Below, piece by piece: positions 1-12,100 of a DNA stretch of 64,000 bases. The notes below the pieces were generated by a model that searched no databases, was not told the DNA's origin, and saw nothing but the letters and a program-made list of their open reading frames with translations. This stretch comes from Podarcis gaigeae (lineage: Eukaryota). The first letter of the stretch is position 1, and every line of letters begins with the position of its first letter. The stretch lies in the NCBI GenBank assembly GCA_964106915.2, contig OZ066914.1; one strand, 5' to 3'. A program made the position numbers and the translations under genes.

Positions 1-1360
1 CAGCCAATGAATAGCAATGCACAAAGGAAGTACAGCAGAAGAGAAAGGATGAGAGGCTGCAGCCTCACTAGTCAGGAGTGAGATACACTAAACCAGCTTC
101 CAGTTAAGCTAAACTGTGTTTTAATATTAATCTATAACTGTGCAGGCTCCAGGAGAATAGAATGAAATTGTTTTGTTCCTTGTGTACCTCCTGTGCTACT
201 TATGAGTTAAGCCGTGGTTTGGCTTAGCATGCCATTGGAAGCCAGGTTCATAGCAAATAATGCACTGTTAGCAATATTTGTTCTCTCAGTCTGGAGAAGA
301 CAAACCAGGAGCTTGAAAATGACATGCCAAGCCAAGCCAAATCTTAGCTCCCAGCAGTGCAGCCACAGTAGGACCAGAGGAGAAGCAAAGTGGTAATGAT
401 CTCTCCAGGAGCTTGCACATTTGCACTAAGCCATAGTTTGGCTTAGCATTATTTGACTGGGGCCTGACTAAAGGAATGTTATTGTGTTTTATTAATGTTT
501 CTTCCTAGAACCAGCACTATGATCCAATAAAATAAAAGTATTATCACTCATTTTAAAATTATTCACGGGACAAAAGGACAACAAGTTTTAGAATGTGTAA
601 ATCTTTGTTTGGATAGTGATCTCATTTCATTGAAAGCAGTAAACCATATCTGAAAAAGAAAAGTTGATCTGTACACACGATCTGTAGCTAAACAGCCAAA
701 GGATAAATAGCTACATAAACAATTGTTATGGGCTTAGCCCTATACCCTCCGGGGAGATCTTATTAAGCCCTGAACAGAAGGAGGAAACCATATGCCCTGC
801 CTCTATCCCAGGTGACCAATCATTTTTCAGCGTGCAACAGAATTAAGACTGCCATGCATAACTTGGGGGAGGGGAATCACTTATCAATAGCTAATAGCAT
901 GAATACTGGAACAGTTAAAAAAGCAAGAACACTGAAAACCCAGGTTATCAGTAAAGGGCCATTCATCCTTTGATAATCTGAAAAAAGGCAGTTTAACAAC
1001 ATACTGTAAACATAGTCTGGGGCTGGGGGTAGTTTTTCAACCTAAGTTTACATAGGAGAAAAAACGGTATTATGAGTTTGTGGGTGCCTTGACGCACCCA
1101 TAAATTCTTGGGTGCCACACCCTCCCCATAATTCCTAAGTCTAGTGGCTGCTGGAGTTTAATCAATGCTTGGAGTATTAAGAAGCGCTGACAAACACTGC
1201 ATTTAGCAGTGTAAAAATACAGGCCAATGGAGTTTTTCTGTGCTTAGAAATCACCTGAGAGAAGAGCCATTATGGAGAACCAAAGGAAGGTAATGGGCGA
1301 TGATGATGAAGACAACAATTATTTATTAAATTTGTATACCGATTAACAAAGCAGATACCT

Positions 1361-1688
1361 TGTGCTAGACAGCAGATGGGTGTGAGCCCTTCTTTCCACT
1401 AAGCAGTGTGTTAAATGCAGCAAGTTGAGCAGAGGGACAGTGAGTCATGTTTTGATTTCTTTTGAATCCAGGGCTGCAGCAGTGGGAGAAACAAGACCCG
1501 ATTGGAGTTAAATGCTTTGAACCCCTCCATCATAGGCCCAGGTTGTATATATGTGTAAATAAACCATATATCATAAAGACATCACAGACTCCACTGTGCC
1601 TCATTCCAAAAGGAAACACAAACTCTGAGTAAAGCACTTGGATTTCCTGGAATATCATACCGCTCAAAGATTGGGGTGGCATGTAACA
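1361..1688 (+). mobile_element. Putative solo LTR or LTR fragment
   Basis: TGT...TGTAACA termini and an internal AATAAA near 1558. No TSD recognised. Confidence 0.35.
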
Positions 1689-2390
1689 GTATTATATGTA
1701 AGGGGAGGAAATACTTCTTGGGTATTTCCGTATTATGTATACAATCCTGAAGTAGTCAGAAGAAGAGTAAGAACAATAAATATTGATGAGGACTGAGCAT
1801 GCTCCATGGCCTCCATAAAATGTTGGGGGTGTGTGTGGAAAACTAGGGGAGACATGAAATGGTCTGCTTGAGCCACCTTACATCATAGTACATACTGGAG
1901 TATTAAACGGTTGGCTGTCTAGCTAGCTAAACCCTAAATAGGAATACTCATGTTTAAAGGGGTTAGAATACGCGGCAACATTTTGTCGCAGGTCTCGCTT
2001 GTTTCAGAGGGGGCGGGGGGGGGGGGAACCGGCCTAACGAGTTGCAAGAATCCGCAATGACCTACAAATCGCAATAGCAAAACTAGCCCTTAAGGATCGC
2101 GGCAGCGCGCATTTGTTAGGAAGGAACAGATCACAATGGACGCAGTTTCGCCGGGACGTCCCCAGCAAGCCCAAGCCGTCGCTTTGTTCGCCGCCTCCGC
2201 GCCGGCCGAGGCGGGAAAGCGGGAACTTGTGCAGGAGGGCGGGAGGGATCGGCCTCCTTTAGGGGAAGGAGGGCCTGGGAGAATTGGGCTGTTGCTTCGG
2301 CGGCAATGTGCAAACAGCGGGGGACTTGCGCCGCAAGCCGTTAGGAGGTCGACCAGCAGACCCGAAGGCTGCGATCCGCAGCGCGCTTAC

Positions 2391-2483
2391 TTGGATTAGC
2401 AGTTGCTACTGAAATCAGCAGCCTTTACAAACTTTCCAGTAAGCACGGCGAGGATCGGAGTAGCCAGAAGCACCGGCAAAAGG
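2391..2483 (-). other. RPLP2: Non-coding first exon of a 5'TOP gene, probably RPLP2; coding exons lie outside the window to the left
   Basis: The minus strand starts with a TOP/TCT-like CCTTTT at 2483 and ends at CCAA|gtaagc at 2391. The gene name comes from the known head-to-head PIDD1-RPLP2 synteny, not from coding sequence. Confidence 0.6.
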
Positions 2484-2599
2484 CAAAATATGCTTGTCTG
2501 GCCCATGTCGGAACATTTTCTTGTCTGGGAAGCGGAGGAAAGGACGGGCGTAAACAGGCCGAGTCGGGTGGCGCGTTTCGATTGAAACTTTTGTTTGGA

Positions 2600-2829
2600 A
2601 GCTCTTTTGCTTCTGCTGGGTTAGAGACCTCGGGCGATGTACGTCACTGCTTAATCCGGGCAATTTCTCTGCTGGTTATCTGAAAACTTCATGCAAAGCT
2701 TTTCTCTTCCTGCTCCGGGCAGTAAGAAGCTGATCCTAAGTGCTGATACTCAGAAGCAAGCAGCGCTGCGTTCAATGGGGTTCACTTCCTGGTGAGTTAT
2801 ATGTAGCGTCGCAGCACAAGGCTGCAACC
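2600..2829 (+). other. PIDD1: Probable PIDD1 non-coding exon 1; start approximate, candidate donors after 2791 (CTG|gtgagt) and 2829 (ACC|gtaagt)
   Basis: Two consensus donors on the + strand inside the CpG island, about 1.9 kb upstream of the exon carrying the ATG. Confidence 0.5.
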
Positions 2830-3709
2830 GTAAGTTCCTTTCTTTGGCACGACTTTGCTCTCGAGTCTGTATTTTCAGTGCCGAGCTGCTTCTTGGGAAG
2901 CGTGTACTAATGACTAAAAACCACCTTAGAGCCTTATTTCTCTTCACTGAAAAATCAGTTAACCGTCCACCCTGCGCCCTACCCCGGAATTAGGGGGAAA
3001 GACTTGACCTGAACTTCCTCCCTCCCGTTTTAGGAGCTAAGGACCAGGGTCCTTGGCTTCATCCTTTGGCCTGACACTCGCCACGCTTAGTTTTGCACCC
3101 TCTTGGGTAATAATGGCATTGCTGCAGATTAACACAATTGTTGATGAATAATTTCCACGACTTTCTCCATACTATTTAATACTGTAATGAAATAAACATT
3201 ATGTCTGTCCCTGTCATGTGCTTTAGAGATGGGGGACATGTGGCTCTCCTGTTGTTGCTGCACTACAACTCCCATAATCCCTGACCGCTAGCTGATGGAA
3301 GTTGGAGTCCTGCAACAACTGGAGGGCCACAGGTTCTGGAGAACAGCGTTTAAAGCAGCGAGAGCCTACATAGTGCTCCCTAGATGGTTTGGACTGCAAC
3401 TCTCATTATCCCCATCATTGACTCTCTCTGCTAGCTGGGGCTGATGGGAATTGTAGTCTGCAATATTTGGTGGGCACCACTTTGGCTACCACTGCTTTAA
3501 AGCATGTTGGGAAACAGAATAGCCTGGAATAGTTGCATTAACACAGCTGCAAGAAATTGATTTCTAGAGGTGCCAGCATCTGTCCTTGAAAGATGCCATG
3601 CATATTTTAAGGGAAAGTTTCAACAGGTTCCACTTCTGTCATTGCAGTGCAGCTATCTGTTAATTTATCACTTCCACACTGCTAAATCAGGGAAATGATA
3701 GGAAGTAAA

Positions 3710-3750
<41 letters not shown>
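3710..3750. repeat. (TATC)n microsatellite
   Basis: Read directly from the sequence. Confidence 0.95.
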
Positions 3751-4703
3751 GGTGGTGCAGTCACTCTGAGAGAGGACAGGTTGGGTTTTTGTTAAAATGG
3801 CCCTTTTGCCAAAGATCGGCTTTTTGAAGGTTGTAACAGTGCCTAATGAAAGAATAAGGATAAGTTACATTTGAAAAAGAAAATAAGGGGTCACGTGAAA
3901 AAAGCATTAGAGCTGTGCTGCTGTGCTGACTTGGGAGCAAATCCTATGGAACTCTGTGGGACTTGCTTACGAGTAAATGTGCATAGGATTGTACTGTGTC
4001 AATCATGTATTCATCCTGGCATTTTTGAGTTGACTCCTCATCCACAGTTCCTAGGGAAACTGTGCCCAGATGTCAAGGATGAAAGTGCTCTAGCTTCCTA
4101 TAGAAAGGTGGCATGTCATGCTGTTGTGAATGAAGCTGCACCTGTTTTTAAAAAAATCACATTTGCACAGCTGGTTATCTTTATCTGTTCCCCATGTGTA
4201 AAATGCCATGGAGATACCTGGCATTGCTGTGTGTTAGGGATGGGGATTTGGTACTCAAAGATATTTAATTTTTCTATTACACTTTTATTGCTATATTGCT
4301 TGCAAATATCTAATATTCTTTTATTAAGATGCATTTTTGTGGTTCTAAAGAGGAGGCAAAGAACTCTAATAGTACATGAAAGATGTATAAACTTCAAAAT
4401 GCAATCAGTTTCCCCACATTGTCTTTCAAACGTCCATTCTTCCTTCCTAGTTTTATCAGCTTTGGGGCCCGTTATATGCCTTAATATGGCACTTAAACAG
4501 CCCAGGTGGGAAGATGTTGTTTTGCCCTCTTCTATGCTCAGTGCCTCAAGTACAGCTTCTGCTATTTCCTTCATCTGGGTGGATTTTGCATGTGCACTGG
4601 TTCTTCAGCGTTTTGCTCGTCTCCCTCCATTTCTTCACAGGGGCTGCCTCTTTCCTCCATCTTCCATTTCAATCCCTTTCAGTGGCACCGGTGCTCGTTT
4701 GGC

Positions 4704-4723
4704 TGGCAAGTCAAAACATGCAC
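4704..4723 (+). promoter_or_regulatory. Candidate p53 response element TGGCAAGTCA-AAACATGCAC (two half-sites, no spacer)
   Basis: 17/20 match to (RRRCWWGYYY)2 with both CWWG cores intact. It lies in the leader of a canonical p53 target gene. Confidence 0.45.
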
Positions 4724-4749
4724 AGCCCCTGGCAATGTGACACCAGAAG

Positions 4750-5014
4750 ATGGCTGGGCCGCAGGAGCTTGGGGACCCTCTGGGGGAGGGTGCTTTGGAG
4801 GCCGAGGCACCTGCTAGTTCCTGCTTGGCTGGCAACAGGCTCAACTTAGACGTCTACCCAGAGGGCTGTCGCCTGTTCCTCAAGCTGTATGAGAAGAGAA
4901 GGGAAGAAGTGGAGCAGGTGGAATTCTTGAGGCTGAGCTGCAATGAGGAACTTATCACTTCCACACTAAGCATCATTCCAGTCCTGAAGGGCTTAAAATC
5001 CCTTGTACTCAAAG
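4750..5014 (+). CDS. PIDD1: PIDD1 first coding exon (N-terminus); the exon probably begins at 4683 (tccctttcag|)
   Basis: aagATGg in strong Kozak context. MAGPQE...LAGNRLNLDVYPEGC...LKSLVLKG matches the PIDD1 N-terminus. Donor AAAG|gtaaac. Confidence 0.93.
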
Positions 5015-7738
5015 GTAAACTGCATGCTTCTTTTCTCTTTCTGTCTTTTGACCGACTGTTTCACTTTTTAATTTATATTTCTCCCATCTGTTTAGATTAG
5101 CTTTTAGGTTTCCTTCCCCGACCAAGCCCATCAAAATGACCTTAGGCCACTGTTTCTCACAAAGGCGCAAAATGGTCTGACTCTGCTGCAATCCTATGCA
5201 TTTCCCCACCTCAGAAGTAAGTCCCACTGTGTTCAGTGGGGCTTACTTTCTGCCAGGAAAGTGCATGGTACAGTCAAAAACTTCAAACCTATGCACGCTT
5301 ACCCAGGAATTGAGCATGGTGAGATTTACTTCTTAGGAAACCTGCAACAGGTGGGTCTGCACCCTCTCTTGGGAATGGGCCTGTTGTGTTTACTCAAATG
5401 TAAACCCACTCTTTTCAGTAGGGCTTTCTCTTGTTGGAATGGACATGGGGCTTTCGTTATCTTCTGCTGAACAAAAGTCAGGTTTTACTACTGTATTCCT
5501 TCTGACATTTGGCTTGGAACAGACCTCGTTTCAACAGTGAATGAAACGAGACTGCTTTCTGATCTTTAGTTGTGGAATAGGGCTTGCAGAAGTGAAAAAT
5601 GATGATGACAGTTCCATATCTGTCAAAATGCAGAAAGTGCCAAATTGGGACAGTAGCTTCCCTTCTTACTATGATTATATTACAGTAGAGATGATGTACT
5701 CTGTGTCTATGTAGCAACATGAAAAAGCTTTTGGAGAGATATTTACTCTGATTTTTATATGTCTCATTTAAGCTGAGGGGGTCCTTTTCTTCTTCCTGTG
5801 ATTCTCTCTTCATCACCCACTTTTTATTCTCATGCCACCTTCCCATAAACGGAAAGCTCTGTCCTCTTGCTCGTGTTGGGAATGAAATGGGCAGGTGACA
5901 GAGTTCTTCTATGATGTGGGATTTTTAAAATACCCGTCAAAAGCACAGAAGGCAGGGGATTCGATGTTCTGCTGTTTGCCTTTGCCTTCCTCTGCCTAAG
6001 CCTAAGGATCCCTACCCCCTAGCCATCTGTAACATGTGCACTACATTTGGCCTGAAGTCCTAACCATATTTACTCCAAAGTAAGTTCCATTGGAATCTGT
6101 GGGGCTTACTTCAGGGTATGCATACTTAGGCTTGCATGGTTTTTTCAGAACAATAGGAAAAATATCAGGCTGCAAATTGATAACCATGTTGAAATTGACA
6201 AGGTACATTATATTGGCTAACACGTTTATGACAACACAAGCTTTTGTGGACTGGAGTCCACTCCATCAGATAACCTGTAAGGCACCACAAAATACGCCCC
6301 GCCCCCCCCCCCCACTTGCGGCAAACTATCTTGACTACTCTTTGCCTTTTGAAATTGGTGTGGCACTCCCTTTAGGAATAAGCATGTGTGCCTAACTCTT
6401 GAACTGTTTTGATCTCTTTTTTTTTTGTTTGTTTCAAGTATCTACAGCAAAAACAGCAACTGTAGCTTTCATTGATGCAGCTAAATTAATACAGTTTCCG
6501 CTGGCCAACCTATTAAAAACCTAGGTTTCATTAGCACAGGTATTTATAATAACCAGTTTATACTGAATATAAGCAACAGTAGCTGTGTGTGTCTCGTGCG
6601 CAGCTGCAAGCTACCAATCTTGTTGCTTTATTATCGTTGTTATATATTGGACTGAAAGCTAAGGGGCCAAAAAAGACACCTCTTTGTCAGTGTAGCATGT
6701 TCATCACTCCTGCTGTAGCCCTGAAAGCAAAAAATCCAGACCCACTTCCACTGACAGATATCGGGTTCCTGTAGTCCCTTCATGCCCCAAATCCTTCAAG
6801 CTTCGTGTATTTTCCAATTATCTCCGTTCAGTCTTCCATATTGTTCCATTGGATATCTATATGCTTATATGAGGCTAGTTAATGGAGATCCTTTCAACGA
6901 GACTTCCTCTTCCTGCATTTTCCTGGCCTGCAGGTGGACACACCAGAGATGAAATTGGCACTCCCCAGAGAGGGTTGGTGGCATCATTGCCGCAAGAGCT
7001 GGGGGAGCTAAGCCGCCTTGCTCATCTGGATCTGGGCTTCAACAGCTTCAGTGCTCTGCCTCCCTGCATCACCAAGCTGGGCAGCCTCAGGAGCCTCCTG
7101 GTGAGTCACAACAGCCTGCAGGGGCTGCCTGAGGACTTTGGCCAGCTCAGCAACCTCACTTTCTTCTCCGCCATGAAGAACCAGCTCCAAAGTCTGCCAC
7201 AGAGCATAGGGGAGCTGGCAGCACTAGAAACACTGGACCTCTCTGAAAATGCACTGGAATCGCTTCCCGAAGAGATTGGAAACCTGCATAGTTGCACAGA
7301 GCTGGATCTCTCAGGGAATCTATTAACAGGAATCCCTAGCTCTCTTGGTAAGTTGTTCCCAAATGCAAGAGAAAGGGAGTAAATATTTTCAGATGCAATT
7401 TGAGACTAAACAAATTGCGATATTAAAGCTACGACACGTTCAGGGTCACATGGCATAGCTGCAGTTTTTCTGTGCAATTGTTAGGAAGTAAGTCTCATTT
7501 AACTCAGCGGGGCTTGCTTTCACAGAATGAGCTTAAATTAGGTCATTTTTGATGAAAGGGAATACAAAAAAATGCAAATATTTAATGAAACATATATAGA
7601 CCTCTTTTTAGTAGGTGTTCTCAAAGTGGTTTACGATACAACTTTTTAGGAAACCCAATAGTTAGAATCTAAAATATTTAAAGTTGTTAAGATTTGCAAT
7701 GGAAAACCCAGTCAGATGGGCAAGGTATAAATAATACA

Positions 7739-7787
<49 letters not shown>

Positions 7788-9105
7788 TCAGCCTGAAGAA
7801 AGGCACAGTCTTTGCAGCAGCACTGTCACTTTACTGATAACCAGAGTCCTGACTAAACAGAAAAACTTTTCTGGCCCTGTTTCAGATTTGGTGAGTCTGC
7901 AGCTGGAGGGTGTTATATAGCTGCAGAGGGATCCACTACTACTAATGGTGGTACCCACATAATCAGGATGTAAGTGTATTATAGCACAAAGGGAAGGAAC
8001 CTTTTTCAGCTTGAGGGCCATATTCCTCAATGGGCCACATTCCGGGGACCGCATGACAGTGGTGAGCAAGGCTAGAGGCAATGTAGGTAGAGCAAGTGAT
8101 TTGACTCTTTGTACTGAAGGCTGTGTTCTATGCAAAAATCATAGGGATTTTACATACACCTCCATACACACACCTCTTCACTACTGAGGTGAGCTACAAT
8201 GCCAAGGGAATACTAGGTTTAAGCCTGACTCCCTCTGACCTTTGTTAATTAGATTATTTATTACATTGTGTTCCTCGAATACCAGGCACGTTCTTTTTGG
8301 CTAGTACGAGAACCTTTCTATAGTAAACGTTTATGGTNNNNNNNNNNNNNNNNNNNNNNNNNNNNNNNNNNNNNNNNNNNNNNNNNNNNNNNNNNNNNNN
8401 NNNNNNNNNNNNNNNNNNNNNNNNNNNNNNNNNNNNNNNNNNNNNNNNNNNNNNNNNNNNNNNNNNTTTATTGTGGTGGAAGTAAGCAAGACCCCGAGTT
8501 CTTTTCTTTTTTGTTATAAGGGATTTGCAAATTGTGAATGGGGGAGAGTTGCTTGCATATAAGGATTTACAAAGTGTAGGCTGATCTCTCTCTTTCCCAC
8601 TCCTGCTCTGACTTGCAGGCAATTTGCAGTCTCTGCGGCAGCTACATCTTCACAGCAATCTTCTGGTGACAGTTCCTGCATCCCTGGCTGGCCTTCCCAA
8701 CTTGTCCAGGCTTGATCTGCAAAACAATAGGCTGCGCAGCATCCCCCCAGAGATCCAGAGCCTCCCCTTTGTGCATCTCCGTGGTAATCCTCTAGGAGAG
8801 CCAGAGGTGCCGCTGCAACCAGGTTAATTGCTTTTCTTCTGTCTGATTTGTTTAACAGCTGCTCTAACTGGAGACAGTCAGAAGCTGCTGTGTGATCTGC
8901 GTGGCTGGTGCAGAAGGCAGCTCTGTGGTTGTTGTTTTTTTGTGAGATGTGTGTAGACACATCTGAAATTGCAGCCCTTACAATATGAAGGACTGGTTGA
9001 AAGACCGCCTGGTTGGTTTTCACAGGCAGCTGAGCCCCCTTCAGTCATTCCTCTCCATCCCATCAAAATTGCCTGGATAGAAAAAGCTGGGCTTTGCCCT
9101 TAAGC

Positions 9106-9161
<56 letters not shown>

Positions 9162-12100
9162 GTCCTCTCCTGGCCCTTTCCCCACCATCCAGGGAGCCTG
9201 CCCTATGAGTATAGGCTCCTCATGTGACCCAGATCCAGGGCTTTTTTTCAGCCGGAACTCACTGGAGCTCAGTTCTGGCACCTCTCAGCTGGGAGCCATT
9301 GCCATTCTCAGAGAACAAGGGAGGCACTCATGGTGAGTTCTGGCACCTCTTTTTCTAGAAAAACAGCACTGCCCAGAAGTACATGTGAACAGGGAGTAAA
9401 TCATGTGGGGAGCGCATTAGCCTACAGCATGCTTCCTTCTTCAGACTTTCCCATCCAATGCATGGGGAGCGAGGGTTGAGGGGGGCAGCAAGCTTGGCCC
9501 TGCTTTTCCCCTCACATTACTGCGACTGCAAGAGGGCACATAATCTGAAGTGGACTCAGATTCAGCTCAAAATGAGGCACAGCTGAAAGCAAGAGAAGGC
9601 TGCTAAGAAGGGTGGGCAGCCCTTAAAGCCAAAAGAGAGACCAATTTGAATTAAAATTGCCTTAAAGCTTCCTGGGTGTTTCTCCCAGGCACTCTAAAGC
9701 CAGGTTTGTGGTGGGTGACTTTGAAGCAAACAGGTTGATTTGCTTGGTGACTTTACTTACAGTCGCTGATAAATGAAAATCGCCATTACCCTTAGACAGG
9801 CGTTGCTTGTGAATGTCACTTTCTCATAGGGCAGGGGTCACCAATCTGGTGCCCTGGGTACTTCAGGGCAGATGTCCCAGTCTCTGAGCTTTCATGTTGA
9901 AAAAGGGAAGTCAGTCTGTAGCCCTCTTAGAAACAAAGTTGTGAGGTAAAATGTGCAGGTGCCTTCCAAGCAACATCTGTGGCGTGCGAGTGAATCTGGT
10001 GTGGCCACTTTGTATATGTTCCTGGTTCTGAGGGGTGCTCCCTATTGCTATAGACAGCAGCCACACCTCTCTCTGTGTGTAAGTAAAATCTATATAGCAT
10101 GACAACGTCTGTAATCATGACCAGCAGAACATAGCTGTCTTCCCGTGGTTAGCATAAAGGTGTCAGGGGTGGCTGCCTCTCTAATTTTGTGTTGTGCATT
10201 GCAGCCATTTTGTGTTATGCCCTGCTCTGCTAACAGCTATTTTGTGACTCTCTCAACATTTGAAATGTGCCCACCGATCCATAAATGTTAGTGACCCTGT
10301 CATAGGTTTTATTTTGAAATTCTGGTGGGAGTTCATGTCATAGAAATCATGGTTAATATTCAAGTGGTGAAATATCTGGGGCTGGCCCTGTGGGAACAAG
10401 GCATCATCAACAACAATTTTATTATTTATACCCCGCCCATCTGGCTGGATTTCCCCAGCCACTCTGGGCAGCTTCTATCACATATAAAAACATAGTAAAA
10501 CGTTTGACTAAACCATTTGTCTTCAATGGGTGGAGGAGGACCCACCACTGGTTTGTCAGCTGATCAAAGGGGAGTCACAACAGTAGCCCTCCCACCATAC
10601 AAATATATGATAAAGAATTGAGGCCCAAGTGCATGTTTTTGGTTTGAAAAAGTTGAAGACTACTATACTCATTCCTACAGAAGCACTTAACACGTTCTGT
10701 TTATATTCATGTAAACTTTGTTTTCTGACTTGTTGCAGACTCAAACTCAAGGCCAGAAAAATTACAAAGACTATTCCTTGAAGCTGGTGAGGATAGGTAT
10801 TTCACATACTTTTTTTGGCCAGTGTCTTTCTGTACTATCATCATGTCAGTGTATCTTCCTAATTCACTTTTGGCATAATATTCTCCTTGCTTCCCATGGC
10901 TCCTGGGAGGGAGGGATATACATCTAATACTAATAATAATTAATTGTACTGTGATGCCTTGTTCAGTTGTTGATGCAGGGGTAGTTTCTGTGGGTTAATC
11001 ATCCCCGTTTTTTTACAAATGAGCCAAGCTGGATTTCTAAAAAGAAACTGGTTGCAAGTTAACTATCAGTGGCAAACTCATTGAAGGGAGCAGGGCAGGC
11101 ACCACCAAGTAACATCTCAAAGCAGCACTGAGGGACATAGGTCTTGGGTCCCTGTTTCTTATGGGACTCTTGAGTGTGGAACAGCGGCCACTGTCTTTGC
11201 TGTTGTTGGTCATTCTGCAGTCGGAGTGCCATCACTGTTTTAATCTTTGGGATGATAAGATTGCTACTAGTCCAGTAGTAGCAATCATCACCAGATAAGC
11301 CTAGAGGGGGCTCGTACATCCAAGGGCCAATGGCCCCCTCATTCCTGGAGCCTGCAAGTGGGACCTCTGCATACCAGCCCTGAAAGTGGAAAAAAGCAAG
11401 GAAAATATCTGAGAATAGCAAGGATATGCTTAGTTTTAGTTTCTTATTTTACTTTGTCACTTTTATATCCCACCCATCAACTTTGCAAAAACAGAGTGGC
11501 TAACAATATGCCATATCAAGAAAAAATTACATCAAGTAGCAGTGTTGGGAAAACATTTTCACCTTGTGCCCAACTGAGGCCAATGTGGGGAGACAATCAA
11601 ATTCCATTCGGGAGGGGGTGTCATAATTAGCTGCAAGGGGGCACCACCAAGAATGCCCTGTCTTCTATCATTGCCCACCCAGCAGAAGCTAAAGTTGGAA
11701 TAACAAACAGCTGATCCCGAGCAAATCTTCATAGATGGGTAAGGCTGAGGCAGTACTGGAGGAAGTGCTCTCCTGGGTACTTGGATCCCAAATTGTTTAG
11801 GGCTTGTATTGGGTCTGGAATGTCACAAGTCACAAGTGTAAGGGATTTGAGTACCAGAGTAAAGTGATTCCACCCTTCCACCCCCCCCCCCAATAACAGC
11901 CAGGTAGTTGCAATTTCCAAACTCTGCACTCAGACATGGCTAGGAACAGCCATATCTGATAGTCATTCAGTCATCCTCCAGATATTCTAGAAATGGAACC
12001 CAGATCCTGTTGAAGGTGATGAGACTATCTGATCATTTGGAGCAATAATCCAAAACTCAGTTACCACAATCAGGGTCCCAGGGAAAGCAGGGAAGGCCAT

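Larger units (their letters stand above)
1960..3100. promoter_or_regulatory. CpG island and probable bidirectional promoter (minus-strand TOP gene and PIDD1)
   Basis: Sharp rise in CpG and GC content. ETS-like CGGAA/CTTCC motifs and a CRE-like GTGACGTA (2640-2647, minus strand). Splice donors point outward on both strands (2391 minus; 2791 and 2829 plus). Confidence 0.8.

Noticed and set aside
260-279. p53-like TGACATGCCA-AGCCAAGCCA
   Set aside because: Four mismatches, and it is embedded in a degenerate repeat.
1960-1995. Minus-strand LRQNVAAY, resembling the RPLP2 start MRYVAAY
   Set aside because: No in-frame ATG or splice acceptor, and the similarity ends at once, so it is coincidental.
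1-2390. Intronic snoRNA (SNORA52 is hosted by RPLP2)
   Set aside because: No recognisable H/ACA or C/D structure in this part of the intron. An Infernal search would be needed to exclude one.
9063-9336. Poly-Ala ORFs on both strands
   Set aside because: Produced by the (GCT)17 microsatellite and an adjacent MITE; no splice support.
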